Below the pieces are notes generated by a model that saw only the letters and a program-made list of their open reading frames with translations, had not been told where the DNA came from and made no database searches. Below are positions 17,076 to 27,278 of a stretch of 64,000 nt of DNA, in pieces (positions within the stretch are counted from its first letter, which is position 1; each line of letters starts with the position of its first letter). The position numbers and the translations under genes were made by a program. This DNA is from an uncultured Ignavibacteria bacterium (lineage in GTDB: Bacteria > Zixibacteria > MSB-5A5 > CAIYYT01), in the NCBI GenBank assembly GCA_964552775.1, contig CAZKIH010000016.1, positions 11,430 through 75,429 of the forward strand. Direction: 5' to 3'.

Positions 17076-20000
17076 ACGCGACCAACGACGACATCTCCTC
17101 GAGCCGCTTTCCTATCATGCCCTTCCGCTTGTCTGTCAGGTACAACTTGCGCAGGCGCTTGTCCCCTATCTCTCCAGCCAGTTGCTTCACCGTGTTGAAA
17201 GACTCAATATACGACTTGAGTGCTTGCTCGAATTGATTCTGCTTGCGGTGGCAGTCACCAAGGATCATCAGGCAATACCACAGGGCTTCCGGTAATCGAA
17301 GCGACTTCGCCGCCAGGACCGCATCATTCACGAGGTGAAGTGCCTTGCCCGTGTTCCCTCGCTGCAATTCCAGTAGCCCGCGGAGTAGATACAATCGGGA
17401 ACGAAACGACACGATGCCGTCAAACTCCGGGTAATCGATAGCCTCTGCCAACTTCCGCTCGACATCGGCCATCGCGCCGGTTGAAAAAGCAAATTCGGCG
17501 TGCTCCAGAATCAATTCGAGCTTTTCGCGTTTGACTGGAAGTTGACCCAGAAATTGCGCAGCCTCTGAAAGACTAACCAGGATTTCCTCAGACGGTCGGG
17601 AAACTGCGCGCTCTATCCTGGCTCTTCGAATCAGGAAAATCGCATGACTCTTGGTTTCACCCATTTTCTGCGCATGTTCAATTGCCGTTTGCACCGAATC
17701 ATAGGCGCTGGCAAAATCATGCAGTGTGAAGAAGTACTCACTGGCCACTGCGGCGATCTTCATCGAGAGCCAGCGATCCGTGACCTTCTCCTCGCGCGCC
17801 TTGGCCGCTGCAATCAATGCGCCAGCCTTGCCATAGCGACCGTCGATGATTGACAGATTTGCAAGTGAAGCGATGAATCCACCGCGCACCGAGTGCGCTT
17901 CAGGTGGCGAGTTCTTTAGTCCCTCAATGACCCACTCGCGCGCCTTGGCATAGTTGCCACGGCGAAATTCAACGTCGTGAAAGTTGTCATAGTTGTGGAG
18001 CAGTTCGGTCTTGGCGCCGATTGACTTGTTGATTTCAAATGCCTGTTTGAGATACTCAGATGCTGTTACCAATTCATCCTGCTCAAAATAGGCCACTGAT
18101 AGGTTGTTGTAGGTGCGTGCCAGTTCAGGCAGATCATTCAACTGTTTCTTGATCTCGATGGACTCCTTGAACAACGATATGCCGGAGGCGAATTCCTGTT
18201 GCATGCATTGCAGAGTGCCCAAATTGCTCAAGCTCGAGGCAACGTCGCGCAACGCCCCCAGGGCTCGCTGAATCCGGAGCGCCTTCTCATAGTTGGCGGC
18301 GGCCTTATCGATATCTCCGCTAATCCAGTAGATATTGCCGATGTTGTTGTAACAGTGCGACAACTCCAGTTCATTCCCTTGCTCGCCATAGTACTTTACT
18401 GCACGATCAAGGGCGCGATTGCCCCGGCTGTAATCGCGTTTGCCTTTGTAGACATCGCCGGAGCGTCGGTATGCGGTTGCGACCGCTTCCTTGTCCCCTA
18501 TTCGCAATCCGTACCGAACGATCGCGGAATAGGCGGACAGCGCGCCGTCAAGATGGCCAAGCATAATCAGAAGATCAGCACGCTTGACCAGCAGTTGTAC
18601 GTATTGGTGAAGATTGGCCTGGCTGCCGACAAACCGGCAGGCCTGCTCCAAAATCAACGCCGCCTCTTGAAGCTTCTGCTCACCCTTGAGAATCTCGGCC
18701 AACTTCAGAGAAGCCGCTATTGCGCTGGACACTTCACCGGACCGACTATAATGATGTACGAGCAGGCGCCCACGCATCTCATCGGTCAGATCATCCGTTT
18801 CTTCAATCACTCTTATCCAGCCGAGATGACACAATTGAGCTGCCTGCGGGCTAAGAGACCGGTATAGACAACTGCGGTAATAGCCGCGCGCCATCGCACC
18901 TGAATCTGGACTGAGAAGCCTAGTCTTGATTAGCTCGTCATAGACATCTCGTTGAATGCGGCCCAACGCCAACAATTCTCGCACTGGATAGCCCCCGTTG
19001 TCACAGGACAAGAAATCGGCAATTTCCCGAAGATGCCCCGGTATCTCCGGGAGCATTCTCGTGGCCAGATCATAATATTCCTGGGCCGGCTCAAACGTGA
19101 GTGCTTCAAACGCCGGTAACCGCAGACGACCGCTGCGCACGTCAAATCGCTCCTCTTGCTCCAGCTGGTGTAACAAGCAGGCGACAAGAGCCAGATTTCC
19201 TGATGACAACTCGAAGATCAAATTCGCAGTTGATATCTCGATTTCTTTGGTGGCAATCTTTCTGAGTATGGCATCGAACGCGAAGCGATCGAGTTCGTGG
19301 TAAGTAACTGATCTATCGGTATCGTCATCGGCCGCCAATGATATCACTGAGCGCCCAGTGTCACTCGCCGGCCCGTAACGCAGGAAATCACCATCGACAC
19401 TGACCTCATAGCCTGCAAGCTTGAGAAAGTCGGAAATCGATTCGTCCAACTTAACAGCCGGATGTTGATGGCAATGGGCGATTAAGAGATCGGTTGGAAG
19501 ATTCTTCAGTTCCTGGCGGCAAAAGCTGGCGTTGTAACTGTAAAGATAGTGGTGAAAATAGTCGGCGAAATTGTGTGCGCCGAAATCCGACGCATTGATG
19601 AGATCGTCCATCAGCAGTTGCTCTGCAACGTCCTTGACCGAGTGAGGCCGTTCCGCCGGATTGGGATCGATGCACTGCCTCACCAACCGGGCAAATCGCG
19701 GCGACGTTGCCTGCGCCAGTTGATCTATCGGCAACAAGTCAGGTTGCTGTTTGCGTGAAATCACCTGCAGTGGATCAACTGCCGTGAACGGCAGTGATCC
19801 GGTCGCCAATCGATACAGGATAATCCCAAGCGAATAGATGTCGGAATCGGCCGTTGCGCCTCGATTGTCAATCACTTCCGGTGCCATGTATTCCAGCGTG
19901 CCGCCGCGTTCCCTGGTGTCCGCTTCCTTGGCCGCGGCCAATCCCAAGTCCGAGAGTTGGGGTCCGGCAGTTCTACTGACGAGAATATTCTCACCCTTGA

Positions 20001-20385
20001 GATCGCGATGAATCAATCCCAGCACATGAAGGTATTCCAGGGCCGAGAGAATCTGGCCGAGATTGCGGAACCTCTGTTCCAACGGCAGAGGATCGGCAAC
20101 CTCGTAAATGTTGCCGCCGTCGCAGAGCTGCATGGTGATTACCGGGCGTTGGTCATCGAGATAGAAGAAATCGTAGGCTTTGAGAATGGCATTGTGCTGG
20201 AAACTGCGCAGGAGCGTGTACTCCGACAGGAACAGTTGACGGATGTCGTCGTTGGTGTTGATGGCGACTTTGACTGCAACCTTGCCCCACTCGGCATGAT
20301 GGGCGGAATAGACGATTCCGCATCCGCCGGCTCCGATACGTTGCGCCCCGTCCAGAAGAGACGATGCAGGAAACCTGGACTCCAT
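17074..20385 (-). CDS. Hanks-type Ser/Thr protein kinase with long TPR-repeat C-terminal region
   Basis: Contains GAGGCGIVY, VAVK, HRDLKGENILV, SDLGLA, and GTLEYMAPE. There are more than 600 aa of TPR-like repeats (AYRRSGDVYKGKRDY, CYNNIGNIYW, TYNNLSVAYF). I found no Walker A motif in the linker. Confidence 0.85.
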   Translation of the reverse strand: MESRFPASSLLDGAQRIGAGGCGIVYSAHHAEWGKVAVKVAINTNDDIRQLFLSEYTLLRSFQHNAILKAYDFFYLDDQRPVITMQLCDGGNIYEVADPLPLEQRFRNLGQILSALEYLHVLGLIHRDLKGENILVSRTAGPQLSDLGLAAAKEADTRERGGTLEYMAPEVIDNRGATADSDIYSLGIILYRLATGSLPFTAVDPLQVISRKQQPDLLPIDQLAQATSPRFARLVRQCIDPNPAERPHSVKDVAEQLLMDDLINASDFGAHNFADYFHHYLYSYNASFCRQELKNLPTDLLIAHCHQHPAVKLDESISDFLKLAGYEVSVDGDFLRYGPASDTGRSVISLAADDDTDRSVTYHELDRFAFDAILRKIATKEIEISTANLIFELSSGNLALVACLLHQLEQEERFDVRSGRLRLPAFEALTFEPAQEYYDLATRMLPEIPGHLREIADFLSCDNGGYPVRELLALGRIQRDVYDELIKTRLLSPDSGAMARGYYRSCLYRSLSPQAAQLCHLGWIRVIEETDDLTDEMRGRLLVHHYSRSGEVSSAIAASLKLAEILKGEQKLQEAALILEQACRFVGSQANLHQYVQLLVKRADLLIMLGHLDGALSAYSAIVRYGLRIGDKEAVATAYRRSGDVYKGKRDYSRGNRALDRAVKYYGEQGNELELSHCYNNIGNIYWISGDIDKAAANYEKALRIQRALGALRDVASSLSNLGTLQCMQQEFASGISLFKESIEIKKQLNDLPELARTYNNLSVAYFEQDELVTASEYLKQAFEINKSIGAKTELLHNYDNFHDVEFRRGNYAKAREWVIEGLKNSPPEAHSVRGGFIASLANLSIIDGRYGKAGALIAAAKAREEKVTDRWLSMKIAAVASEYFFTLHDFASAYDSVQTAIEHAQKMGETKSHAIFLIRRARIERAVSRPSEEILVSLSEAAQFLGQLPVKREKLELILEHAEFAFSTGAMADVERKLAEAIDYPEFDGIVSFRSRLYLLRGLLELQRGNTGKALHLVNDAVLAAKSLRLPEALWYCLMILGDCHRKQNQFEQALKSYIESFNTVKQLAGEIGDKRLRKLYLTDKRKGMIGKRLEEMSSLVA

Positions 20386-20394
20386 ACCGGCTGA

Positions 20395-22134
20395 CTATCG
20401 CTTTATCGGCAACGTGATCTTGAACTCGGTATATTCACCAGTCTTGCTTTGAACGCCTATTGTTCCTCCGTGATTCTCGATTATGCGCTTGCAGTTGGAC
20501 AAACCCAATCCATGCCCGTGCGGTTTCGTCGAGAAATGCGGTTCAAAGATCTTCTCCATGTTCTCGGTCGGAATGCCGGAACCCGAGTCACGGACCGTCG
20601 CCACCACAGTGTCGCCCTCCTTGCGCGTGGTTAGAAGAATCTCGGTCTTTCCCGAGCTCCCTTCCAGAGCATCTGCAGCATTGTAGAGCAGGTTCAAGAA
20701 TACCTGTTGTATCTGGCCGACATCGATTTCGATATCCGGTATCTCCGGACTCATCCGTACCACGAAGCCCACCTTCTTGAATCTCTGTTGAGACTTAATC
20801 GTGAACAACAGGTCATCAATCAGATGGTTGACATTATAATTGACCAGTTCCTGGTCCAGCTTGGAGAGATCCATCAGGTTATCAGTAAAGCGCTTGATCT
20901 TGCTGATGTTGTCCAGGATCGCATGTACGGATTTGTCTAACTTGTCAAATTCGCCCTTCTTGACCCTGATTTGCAGCAGTTCGGCATTGTTGGAAATGAT
21001 TGCCAGGAAATTGTTCAGCTCGTGTCCGATGGAAGCCGCCATTTCTCCCTTGGCAATCAGCTTCTCAGAAATCGTCACGTAGTTTTCGAGAATTGTCTTC
21101 TCGGTGATATCTTCAATCACAACAATTAATCCTCGACCGTGGTGATCCGCATCCTCCAGCGGCGAGACTTTCGAAGAAACAACCTTCTCTTCTTCGCCGA
21201 ACGTCAGATAACAACGGGGAAGATTCTCCGCGACGCCGGTCGCGAGCACGTTCTTCAAACTCTGCTGCCAACGCTCAATATTGTTATTGTCGAATAGCGA
21301 GGAAAACGGCAAGCCCACTTGACCGGTCTTCTGAAAGATGCGCTCCGCTGACGCATTCATGGTGATAACGCTGAATTCGCCATTGACAACCACCAGACCG
21401 ACCGGGGTGTTGGTCACGATATTCTCGTTGAAACGCTTCAGACGTAAAATGCGTTCGTACAACCGTGAATTGTTGATGGCAATCGCCGCTTGCGTGGCAA
21501 ACAGTTCGAATAGGTAGAGATCACTCTCAAAGAACAATCTTCCTTCGCTGGAACTGTCGAGATAGATTACGCCAATAACTTTGTCTTGAATCTTCAGGGG
21601 AACGCAGACGATCGAGCGCAGGTTCAGACTACGGATCGATTCCTGCTTCGAGAAACGCTCATCATTCTGGGCATCCGAGGTATATTCAGCAACGCCCGAT
21701 GAGGCAACGCGGTTGGCGACCGTGCCTGAGTACTTGAAGTCCTCCTGCATCAGTTCTTCTTTGCAAAGGTTATAGACCGTGCGGAATTGAAGTTTGTTGT
21801 TGTCGTCCAGCAGCATCAGGAATCCGCGCTCGGCATTCAGAAGCTCGATGGCGCGTTTCATGACGTTTTGCAGAATCTGGTCCGTCACCAGCGAGCTGTT
21901 GACAAAGGCAGCAATCTCCAGAAGAGTCTTGTAGTTGTTGATCTCAGCGGAATTCGACTTCGCCGGCTCCAAGTGCGGCCGGGCAGCCAATATTGCTGCA
22001 ATTGAGGTAGCTCCACTTTCCAACAAGTCCTCTGCACTGGATAATGTCTCATCACTATCCAATTCGCCGTTAACCGGTATTATGAACTTGTCGGTGCGTT
22101 CCAATCCTTTGGAATCTCTCGAATTAAACGGCAT
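20395..22134 (-). CDS. sensor histidine kinase (GAF-PAS-HisKA-HATPase)
   Basis: GAF-like segment (ERGFLMLLDDNNKL...VIGVIYLD). H-box SIGHELNNFLAI. N-box LLYNAADAL. G-boxes RDSGSGIP and GHGLGLS. A 9-nt gap separates it from the downstream kinase gene. Confidence 0.9.
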   Translation of the reverse strand: MPFNSRDSKGLERTDKFIIPVNGELDSDETLSSAEDLLESGATSIAAILAARPHLEPAKSNSAEINNYKTLLEIAAFVNSSLVTDQILQNVMKRAIELLNAERGFLMLLDDNNKLQFRTVYNLCKEELMQEDFKYSGTVANRVASSGVAEYTSDAQNDERFSKQESIRSLNLRSIVCVPLKIQDKVIGVIYLDSSSEGRLFFESDLYLFELFATQAAIAINNSRLYERILRLKRFNENIVTNTPVGLVVVNGEFSVITMNASAERIFQKTGQVGLPFSSLFDNNNIERWQQSLKNVLATGVAENLPRCYLTFGEEEKVVSSKVSPLEDADHHGRGLIVVIEDITEKTILENYVTISEKLIAKGEMAASIGHELNNFLAIISNNAELLQIRVKKGEFDKLDKSVHAILDNISKIKRFTDNLMDLSKLDQELVNYNVNHLIDDLLFTIKSQQRFKKVGFVVRMSPEIPDIEIDVGQIQQVFLNLLYNAADALEGSSGKTEILLTTRKEGDTVVATVRDSGSGIPTENMEKIFEPHFSTKPHGHGLGLSNCKRIIENHGGTIGVQSKTGEYTEFKITLPIKR

Positions 22135-22338
22135 AACCTATACCTCGGTTGACGAAAAAGATTAACAGTCCACGTCGTCATGTTAGGTATCGGTTGAATC
22201 AGCAATTAGTTAAGCCTGCGATTGAAGGATTGGGCACTAAAGAAGGTACGCCGACCTGCACCTATATCAGCGGTTGAGCAGGAGACGAGCCCAAGTAGTG
22301 ATTCAAATTAGAACATCCTGCCGGGCCGGCTGGAGTAC

Positions 22339-24051
22339 TTAGAAAGACCGCCCGATCAGCACACTCGGCTGGAGTTCATCGGAATCGCCATTGAATCTGC
22401 GAGTTAATTCGATTCGGATCAGCTCGCCGATAATGACCGCAACACCGACATCACCGTGCCACTGCGAACCCGACAGCGATCGCTCACCGTTGCCGACACC
22501 ACCGATGTCGAACAACGCCGCAAAGTCCAGAATCGTGCGGTCTGGATTAAACACATACTCAACGTTTACTAAAGCCATCTGTGTTCCGGAGTACTCCTTG
22601 ATCTCGTGACCACGCAGAGTTCGGATGCCTCCAAGGTAGTAAAGACGATGCGGGGGCACCTTCCCGGTCAACTCACCGTATATTGCGCGGACATTCAGAT
22701 TAAGCAGGTCATTCAAACGCTGGTAGCGCCGCGCCTCAAGAGTGTAACGATCGTAATTGAAATCCGAGGCAATCGCGTTGGAGGAGTGTTCATACTGAAA
22801 CGCCAGCCACCATCCCTGGGGTGCGGAGCGTTCCGGGTCAACCACTGTCTGAAATCTGTACGAGAGCCCGAGAGCAGCCTCATCGCCACTGTAGAGCTTA
22901 AGGGCGCTGCTGCGCTGTGACTCAGGCAGAGCCGAGAAACTGGAGCGGAAATCTTTGCTACCCCCAACCAGCGACCAGAGTCGTGGGTGCGCCGGAAGTG
23001 AATCAAGCTCCTCGACAAAATACTCGGCCCGCAAGGTGTGCCTGCTGTTGATGTGCTGCTCAAGGAAGAAAGTTGCGCCCTCACCCTGAAAATAGTCACG
23101 GAAGTCTTCGCGGCGTATCAGCGCATAGACCGTATTCTCACCGCTGCCGCAAATCCATTCGTCCTGGGTCTTGGTCTGACGATAAACTGAAGCACCAAAG
23201 GTTAATTGATGATAATCAAAAAGCTTGTGGTCAAACCCCAGACGATACTTCCAGATTTCTGAGGACGCCCCATAACCAACCTGGGCGAAGAAACGAGGCA
23301 CGAAATTATCCTCCGACCGGAAAGCTACTCCCGCACCAAGGGTAAGGCCGTCAGCTCGATTGTAGGACCACTCCTTTGACCACTCAATCGGCTGATGTCC
23401 ATAGTTACGTCGACGACGCCTGAATATGTCCGACCGCTTCCACTCCTCGGTCGATTGGATTGCCCCGTAAATGCGGGCTTTAATGTCACGCCTGATCTTG
23501 CCGCCCACGGCAATCACGTCACGATGGCAGGTTGCCGTGGCGCCAAGACTGATGTCGCCGAAGAGTGCCACTACAAAGCCGTTAACTTCGGCCTCAGACT
23601 CGATATCACCTCCAACCGCGAGGACACTTCCCCGCACAAATTCTTCGGACGATAGTCTGAGCTTCTCGAAAGAGCCGTACTTGTCGGCCACGGTTCTGCC
23701 CCGTCTCGATTGCTGCGAAGATGATGCATCAGTCAAAACTACATCGTAAAATCCTTCGCGCTGTGTGACGCTACGCACACTCATTGCCGCCAGACTGATA
23801 CTACGCCCGCCGATGATCAGGCTGTCTCCTGATATGAGTCGTTTTGAGCCGAGCATAACTGCTCGGTCACCGCGCTGAGTATCGATTAGCCTGAATGAAA
23901 TGCTTGCTGCCGTGGCTCCGGAATCAACGGTGATAGAGCACTCTTTCCGATCAAACGATATCTTGATATCGGGTCGTGACTGTCCAAAAATCGTCGACAC
24001 GACCACAATATTCACAAGAATAATGGTCTTGAGGATGGTAAATGTCTGCAT
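22339..24051 (-). CDS. Omp85/surface-antigen-type outer-membrane beta-barrel with bactofilin-like N-terminal segment
   Basis: Signal peptide present. The C-terminal barrel has YYLGGIRTLRGH and terminal ...LIGRSF. The N-terminal part has GSVLAVGGDIESEAEVNGFVVALFGDISLG...DVIAVGGKI, resembling polymer-forming (bactofilin) repeats. Confidence 0.7.
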   Translation of the reverse strand: MQTFTILKTIILVNIVVVSTIFGQSRPDIKISFDRKECSITVDSGATAASISFRLIDTQRGDRAVMLGSKRLISGDSLIIGGRSISLAAMSVRSVTQREGFYDVVLTDASSSQQSRRGRTVADKYGSFEKLRLSSEEFVRGSVLAVGGDIESEAEVNGFVVALFGDISLGATATCHRDVIAVGGKIRRDIKARIYGAIQSTEEWKRSDIFRRRRRNYGHQPIEWSKEWSYNRADGLTLGAGVAFRSEDNFVPRFFAQVGYGASSEIWKYRLGFDHKLFDYHQLTFGASVYRQTKTQDEWICGSGENTVYALIRREDFRDYFQGEGATFFLEQHINSRHTLRAEYFVEELDSLPAHPRLWSLVGGSKDFRSSFSALPESQRSSALKLYSGDEAALGLSYRFQTVVDPERSAPQGWWLAFQYEHSSNAIASDFNYDRYTLEARRYQRLNDLLNLNVRAIYGELTGKVPPHRLYYLGGIRTLRGHEIKEYSGTQMALVNVEYVFNPDRTILDFAALFDIGGVGNGERSLSGSQWHGDVGVAVIIGELIRIELTRRFNGDSDELQPSVLIGRSF

Positions 24052-24058
24052 GCAGTTC

Positions 24059-24589
24059 CTATCTCAGCAATCCCGGGTATCGGCTCTGCAGATCGCGCAA
24101 TGCCTGCCGATGTGCCTCGAAAGCAATATTTGTCGGTATCTCATCCAGACTGCAAAATCGCAGCTCGGCCGCATCATCACCGGCGACCGGATCCCCGCCA
24201 ATAATCTCACAGAAAAATAAAATCAGTACAGCGTTGACGCGCGGATCGTCCGTCCCGGAATACACCTCAAAGATCGAAGTTGCGCGGATCACCAGTCCGG
24301 TTTCCTCCTGAAGTTCACGTTCAGCACAGTGGCGCGGCGACTCATTCCACTCCATGAAACCGGCAGGAATACACCAATCGCCCCGATATGGGTTATCGGC
24401 GCGCCTTACCAGAAGTATCTTACCATGTTTTACCACAACGGCGCCGGCGGCAGGCGCCGGATTGTGAAAATCGACAAAACCGCAGGCTCTGCAGATCTTG
24501 CGCGAGCGCTGATCATAGGGTTCCAGTGTCAATTCGGCTCGGCACACCGGACAATAGGTGAAGCTCGAAATCGGATCCTTGACTTGCAT
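24059..24589 (-). CDS. NUDIX hydrolase with N-terminal zinc ribbon
   Basis: CPVC...CRAC followed by the NUDIX box GFMEWNESPRHCAERELQEETG. The start codon abuts the stop of the upstream phosphatase gene. Confidence 0.85.
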   Translation of the reverse strand: MQVKDPISSFTYCPVCRAELTLEPYDQRSRKICRACGFVDFHNPAPAAGAVVVKHGKILLVRRADNPYRGDWCIPAGFMEWNESPRHCAERELQEETGLVIRATSIFEVYSGTDDPRVNAVLILFFCEIIGGDPVAGDDAAELRFCSLDEIPTNIAFEAHRQALRDLQSRYPGLLR

Positions 24590-26809
24590 CTAATGAACCT
24601 TCAAAATTACCAGTGTCATGTCGTCTTGCAGCACCGCATGTGCGGCGAAATTGTGCACATCGGCTACGATCTTCTGTTGAATCTCCGGTGCGCTCAAGCT
24701 GCGGTTGTCCTTGATCAGACGCACCGCGCGCGCCTCGCCATATTGTTCATCTCGAGAGTTGACGGCCTCGTTCAGACCATCGGTATACAGAAACAATATG
24801 TCGCTTCCCCCGAGTTGCACCTCGCCCTCGTCGTATGCCACATCGCGGAATGCCCCCAACAACAAACCGCCGCGATCAAGCTCTACATCCCCATCCCGCG
24901 CAATCAGAATCGGATAGTTGTGACCGGCATTGGCGTAGCGCAGCTTTTTGGATCGAGGATCAAAATCAGCCACGAACAATGTCGCAAATTTGTCGGTAAT
25001 TTCTTCTTTCTGCAACAGCTCGTTGACATTTACCAGGATTTGTCCCAGCGGCAGATCGTGCCGGATCTCGGTTCTGATCGCCGCATGAATCTGGCTGATC
25101 AGCAGCGCAGCCGGTACTCCCTTGCCCGAGGCATCTGCAATTACCATCGCGATTGTACCGCGCCGCGTCTTGATGAAATCGAAATAATCCCCTCCAACTT
25201 CCAGCGACGGATCGGAAAACGCCGAGAAATGAAAATCCTCACCCGATGGAAACACCTTGGGCAACAGGTCGATCTGGATTGTTCGCGCAATGTTCATCTC
25301 TTCTTCGAGCCGTTGCTTCTCGATCGATTCGCGATACAGTCGTGAGGTGTTGATCGCCAGCGAAAGCTGGTCCGCAATTGTTGAGATCGTCGTGACGTCC
25401 TCGTAGTTCAGCCGGTAGCCCGATACCTTGTCCGAGACCGCAAGGCAGCCGACCAACTCATCCCCCGAAATTAATGGCGCCACGAATCGCACCTTGCGCA
25501 CAGCCAGTTGCTGAAGAAACGGGGATTGGGGAAAGGCGCCAAGCAACTCATCAATATTATTTACCCCGCTGCGCCGCGTAAGTTCGACCATCAGTGCCGA
25601 ATGCATGTCAATAGTGTCCCAGCCATCGTCCCCGGCCGGCGCAGCGACACATTTGATTGCTCCTTGCTTCTCCGCTCGCTCGAATATGTATACCTTTTCC
25701 AGCAGGAGTTGGCTCGAAAGAACCTCGTGCGCCAGAGCAAACACTTCGTTGAGCTTGAACACCGATGCCACTTTGCGGCTGAAAGTCTGGGAGATGTTGC
25801 GATAGTCCGACTTGTCGCGAATGAAAAATTTGCGAATCAAATCATCAACCTGGCTCATCACCGGCTGAAACAGAATCAGCGCGATAATAATGAAGACAAT
25901 GTCCAGCCCCGGTACATCAAAACCGAACAGGTACTTGACGATTTCCTCGAATTGCCGGATGATCAGCACATAGGCGCCGACAACCATCGCCGAAGACACT
26001 GTGTACACCAGCGATTGGCGAACGATGAGCCGCACATCCATGAAGCGGTAGCGGACAATCGCGAAAATGATCGAACCGCAGCCCACGACCAGTGCAAGAA
26101 TCGTGATAAAATTCTGCCACGCTGAAGTCAGAGTCAGCAAGCCGATTGCCGGCAGGATAAAAGCAATGACATACATCGCCAGCGCGGCAATGATGCCCCA
26201 GATCACGATCTGCACCTGCTTACGCAGCTGCGCCGCCATCACCCGCTTGGTGGCATAGTACAAAATCACCGTCGCGATGATGACATAGCCGAAATTGACT
26301 ATCGAAAACAGCTTGATGTGACTGTCCAGCAGGAACGAAAAGCCGGTGCCAAGCAATATGAACACAGTCTCCAATGGCTCAAAAATCGTCTTACCCACCG
26401 TCCCCATCCGTTTGGGATCAACCAGTCGAATCAGCTTGTCCGGATCGCTCAGGATCGTTGTCAGCGCCAGATGAAACAAGTGAGGCAGGAAAATGAAATA
26501 CTTCAGACGCGGGAAACGATTGTAGAATCTGACTTCCGAGGGAAACACCAGCGCGAAAAACACCAGTTGTGGAAAGAACAATTCCCAGACATAGACAAGA
26601 TTATAAATCGGTCCCCGATTGGCGATGGCATCACCAATGAATATCCCGAATCCGTAAAATAGCGGGCCAAATGCCGCAAAGCCAAACATCAACGCCGTAA
26701 CGCGATTGATGCGCTTGCGCGGATCTTCCCGAAATATGAGCACGGAAATAATAAAGAGCAGGGTCGCGCACGCGAGATACACTACCGCTATGATCAGTTC
26801 GAGATTCAC
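24590..26809 (-). CDS. membrane-bound PP2C/SpoIIE-family phosphatase with GAF domain (RsbU-like)
   Basis: About 9-10 N-terminal TM helices, a central GAF-like region, and C-terminal VGGDYFDF, VIADASGKGVPAAL, YANAGHN and DDMTLVILK. Confidence 0.85.
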   Translation of the reverse strand: MNLELIIAVVYLACATLLFIISVLIFREDPRKRINRVTALMFGFAAFGPLFYGFGIFIGDAIANRGPIYNLVYVWELFFPQLVFFALVFPSEVRFYNRFPRLKYFIFLPHLFHLALTTILSDPDKLIRLVDPKRMGTVGKTIFEPLETVFILLGTGFSFLLDSHIKLFSIVNFGYVIIATVILYYATKRVMAAQLRKQVQIVIWGIIAALAMYVIAFILPAIGLLTLTSAWQNFITILALVVGCGSIIFAIVRYRFMDVRLIVRQSLVYTVSSAMVVGAYVLIIRQFEEIVKYLFGFDVPGLDIVFIIIALILFQPVMSQVDDLIRKFFIRDKSDYRNISQTFSRKVASVFKLNEVFALAHEVLSSQLLLEKVYIFERAEKQGAIKCVAAPAGDDGWDTIDMHSALMVELTRRSGVNNIDELLGAFPQSPFLQQLAVRKVRFVAPLISGDELVGCLAVSDKVSGYRLNYEDVTTISTIADQLSLAINTSRLYRESIEKQRLEEEMNIARTIQIDLLPKVFPSGEDFHFSAFSDPSLEVGGDYFDFIKTRRGTIAMVIADASGKGVPAALLISQIHAAIRTEIRHDLPLGQILVNVNELLQKEEITDKFATLFVADFDPRSKKLRYANAGHNYPILIARDGDVELDRGGLLLGAFRDVAYDEGEVQLGGSDILFLYTDGLNEAVNSRDEQYGEARAVRLIKDNRSLSAPEIQQKIVADVHNFAAHAVLQDDMTLVILKVH

Positions 26810-26829
26810 ATCCCCTTCCGGACCTGGGG

Positions 26830-27258
26830 TCAGGTGAGTTTCTTGACGAGCGTCACCATTGTACCACCGCTATCAGTGGGAGTGATATCCAATCGATCCA
26901 TCAGGCTGCGCACGATAAATATGCCGCGCCCGACTTCGCGTAAAAGGTTCTTGTCGTCGAGAGGATTTTCGACTAACTCGGGGTTGAAATAGTTACCCTG
27001 GTCAGTGACCGTAATCGTAACTTCATTGCCCGAGAAATCCATGTCCAGCGTAACGGTCTTCTCGGGATCTTCCTTGTTGCCGTGAATAATGCCGTTGTTG
27101 GCAATCTCCGTTGCGCAGATGGCGATGTCGGCGATGATCGAGTCGTCAATATTGCGCGCCCGCAGGCGCGACTCCACAAATTCATCGATTTCACCGATCA
27201 GGCTGGGATCGGAGGGTACAACAATCCGGTTGCCGTGAATCTCTGCCTTCTTCAGCAT
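26830..27258 (-). CDS. anti-sigma-factor-type serine kinase (RsbW/SpoIIAB-like HATPase)
   Basis: 142 aa with ATEIANNGIIHGN ... VTDQGNYF ... GRGIFIVRSLMD. Confidence 0.8.
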   Translation of the reverse strand: MLKKAEIHGNRIVVPSDPSLIGEIDEFVESRLRARNIDDSIIADIAICATEIANNGIIHGNKEDPEKTVTLDMDFSGNEVTITVTDQGNYFNPELVENPLDDKNLLREVGRGIFIVRSLMDRLDITPTDSGGTMVTLVKKLT

Positions 27259-27278
27259 GATCGTTTAGCGCGCGGGAC

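Noticed and set aside
17041-17295. 84-aa plus-strand ORF starting in the terminator region.
   Set aside because: It lies antisense to the 3' end of the kinase gene and begins inside the terminator hairpin. No SD is present.
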